Origin: Heterodontus francisci
Taxonomy: Eukaryota
Assembly (NCBI RefSeq): GCF_036365525.1
Contig: NC_090380.1
Span: 72,157,757-72,221,756, forward strand
Reading direction: 5' to 3'
Length of the DNA stretch: 64,000 bases
In this document: piece by piece, positions 61,740-64,000 of the stretch
Layout: every line of letters begins with the position of its first letter
How positions within the stretch are numbered: the first letter of the stretch is position 1
Program-made: the position numbers and the translations under genes
Notes under the pieces: model-generated
Databases searched by the model: none
The model's input: only the letters and a program-made list of their open reading frames with translations
Told to the model about the DNA's origin: nothing

Positions 61740-62400
61740 TTCATTGTTGGTTTTATTCTGCCCAAATGTATTATTACATATTTCACTGGATTGAACTACA
61801 CATGTCACCTATCTCCCGACCCTCTAACCCGTTTGTGTCTTCCTGAAGCCTCCCAAATTCTTCCTCACACTTTGTCACGCTCTCTAATTTGGCATCATCA
61901 GATAAGTAGAAAATTCCCCACGGCCAAGTCATTTATATAAATGTAAAACAAAAGATGCCCCAAAACAGATCTCTGGGGTACACCACTAACCAAAACCTGG
62001 CAAGCCAAGAAATATTCATTTACCCTTATCCATTGGTTTCTGCCCCCTATTTTCACTCTATCCATGTGGTTACATTCCCTTTAATACCACGTGCTTTCAT
62101 TTTTCTAATGAATCTCTTATATGGTCCCTTAACAAATGTCACCTGAAAATCCAAATATATTACACTTATTGCATTCCCTATCTGTAATTTCCTCAAAAGA
62201 AATCTATTAAACTAGTTAGAATTAACCTTAGCCTATCATTCCTCATTGCATTCTAGTGAGCATTCACTGTACCCTTTCTATGGCTCTATTATCCTTCCTA
62301 CACCTTGGTGCCAAAAATTGCATGCAATATTCAAAATGTGGATAACAAATGTCTTGTACCAATTCAACAGCACATTTTCCTTTTATATGCAATGCTTCTA
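61740..62400 (-). mobile_element. Old CR1 RT fragment
   Basis: Degenerate GVPQRSVLG and SDDAKL motifs on the minus strand. Confidence 0.55.
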
Positions 62401-62689
62401 CACTCTTTACAAATCCTTGCTGACCACAGTAGTTAATCCATCACATTCTAAGAGTTAATTAATTTCATCCCATATTATGCACTCCAAACAAATAAGTTTA
62501 CAACTTTATATTCCAAGTCAAGAGCTCCACCTGCGAGAAGCACTCATTTGAAATTCAGGTGCATGCTGTGTATGACTTTCTCACCATTAATGGTTGCAAA
62601 ATAATTCACAGCCTGGACTGAATTTAGTGCGGTCATTTGGAGCTGGAATGGTGGTGCAGGGGGGAATCACGCCAACATTCTTCGTTAAA

Positions 62690-63662
62690 TGATAATTTTC
62701 TTTAGTCCACTGACTGGAGATCTGAATTTATATTTTTTAAAGAAATTTAAAAAGGAACAGATAAAAGATGACTTTTCTAGCAGCTTAAGATGGCCACTCT
62801 AATTTGCAACACTGAATCTTAACCTGCAAGGCCTGTGAGGTGGAGATAAAATGTCTGCTCATCCCAGCAAAAACCAAGACACAGGAAGTTTAAGGGAAAT
62901 ACTTGTTCTTTTTTTAGCAAGAGGAAACACACTGCTAACTACTATGTTTGAATCACTGGGTGACTGTCCTGTGACAAGCTCCCCCCCCCCCCCCTCCCCC
63001 ACCCCTACCCCCACTCCATGGTTTTAAGCTGGTGTTTATCTGCAGCAGCAAGGAGAAGCATCTGGATTCTGACACTTGCAGACCCAAGTGGAGGGTCCCT
63101 CTCTCTCTCTCCATCCTAGCTTGGAAGCTATAAACCTTACCTGTTGACTGACCACCTTTGCATACCCCGGCTACAATCAGAAACCCCATTGGAGGAAATC
63201 ATCAGCATCACTGTCTCCAGGAGACCCACCGGATCAGCCATCTAGCTCTTCAATTTAAAAGCCTCAGGAACACCGAATTCAGCTAGAAGCCAGCTGAATC
63301 ACCAAACACCACAGACTGTATACCCTTTTTTTCTATGGGCTTTTTCTCAACCAATCTACCCTTCCCCACTCTGTAACCTATTTGTGTATGCGTGAACCTC
63401 TAATGTGTATGTGTGTGAAAGTTGGCACCTAGTTTATTATTTTAATTAGTTCGGTTTACGTATAATAAAGTTAACATATTTCTTTGTTAAATTCAAGAAA
63501 ACCTGTTTAATTGGTTCTTGTTATGATCATAGCAAGTAAGTAATCAAACACCTGCTAAATTGACCAGTACATCCACTTTAAAAAGAATTAAACGTGTTAT
63601 GGTCAAACAAGGAGCGGGAAAAGAAGGAAGCCCCTTCGACCCCTCCTCACTTGACCATAACA
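62690..63662 (+). repeat. LTR-like repeat ending in a hairpin and ..TAACA
   Basis: AATAAA near 63464; 12-bp inverted repeat 63595-63606/63651-63662; left boundary uncertain. Confidence 0.45.
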
Positions 63663-64000
63663 GGAAACAGAGAATCACGTCGGAAGCATCCACCCAGAAA
63701 TCCGGCAGCGCAACGCCACTTCTGGATTTTGTCAACAACGGAAAGGCAGCAAGGCAGAATCACTGCCCCGATGTGACAGGAATGTATTTTGAATTGCTGA
63801 GCCCTTAATTTTAATACATTTGCATCTAATTCATCGCAATTAAATGGGGGGTTTGAGATTAAGTGGACAGTGAGCAGCACTCATGTGCCTTCGGATTCCC
63901 AACCATTAAAAGCTGGGGGCACCGAGGTGAGACTTGGTTGCTGTGACAGGTAGGCAGCCGTGACCAGCACTGGACAGGGAAAGAGGGGGGTGTTGAGGCC

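Overview
Vertebrate (elasmobranch, most likely shark) genomic DNA, judged from HE1-type V-SINEs with CR1-derived tails and abundant CR1, Penelope and Harbinger repeats. The + strand carries one host gene, an EWI-family Ig-superfamily receptor. It has a candidate 12-nt leader microexon, seven phase-1 V-set exons (7804-35586) and a TM/cytoplasmic exon (45109-45308), about 1006 aa in view. The first signal-peptide exon was not found. Domain count, size and tail fit CD101/IGSF2, although several domains resemble IGSF3. The rest is nested transposon material: a 5'-intact but 3'-truncated CR1 with fully open ORF1/ORF2 abutting an exon, a full-length decayed CR1, an RTE, HARBI1 + Myb/SANT Harbinger remnants and MITEs, a hAT fold-back MITE, Gypsy remnants, SINEs and Penelope termini carrying minimal hammerhead ribozyme motifs. 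The most notable items are the CR1 ORF1-TAATG-ORF2-TAATG-Ig exon chain, a perfect 96-bp hairpin with a hammerhead core in the probable 3'UTR, the leader microexon and an internally duplicated D6/D7 exon pair. No wholly new system is demonstrated; these are leads to test.
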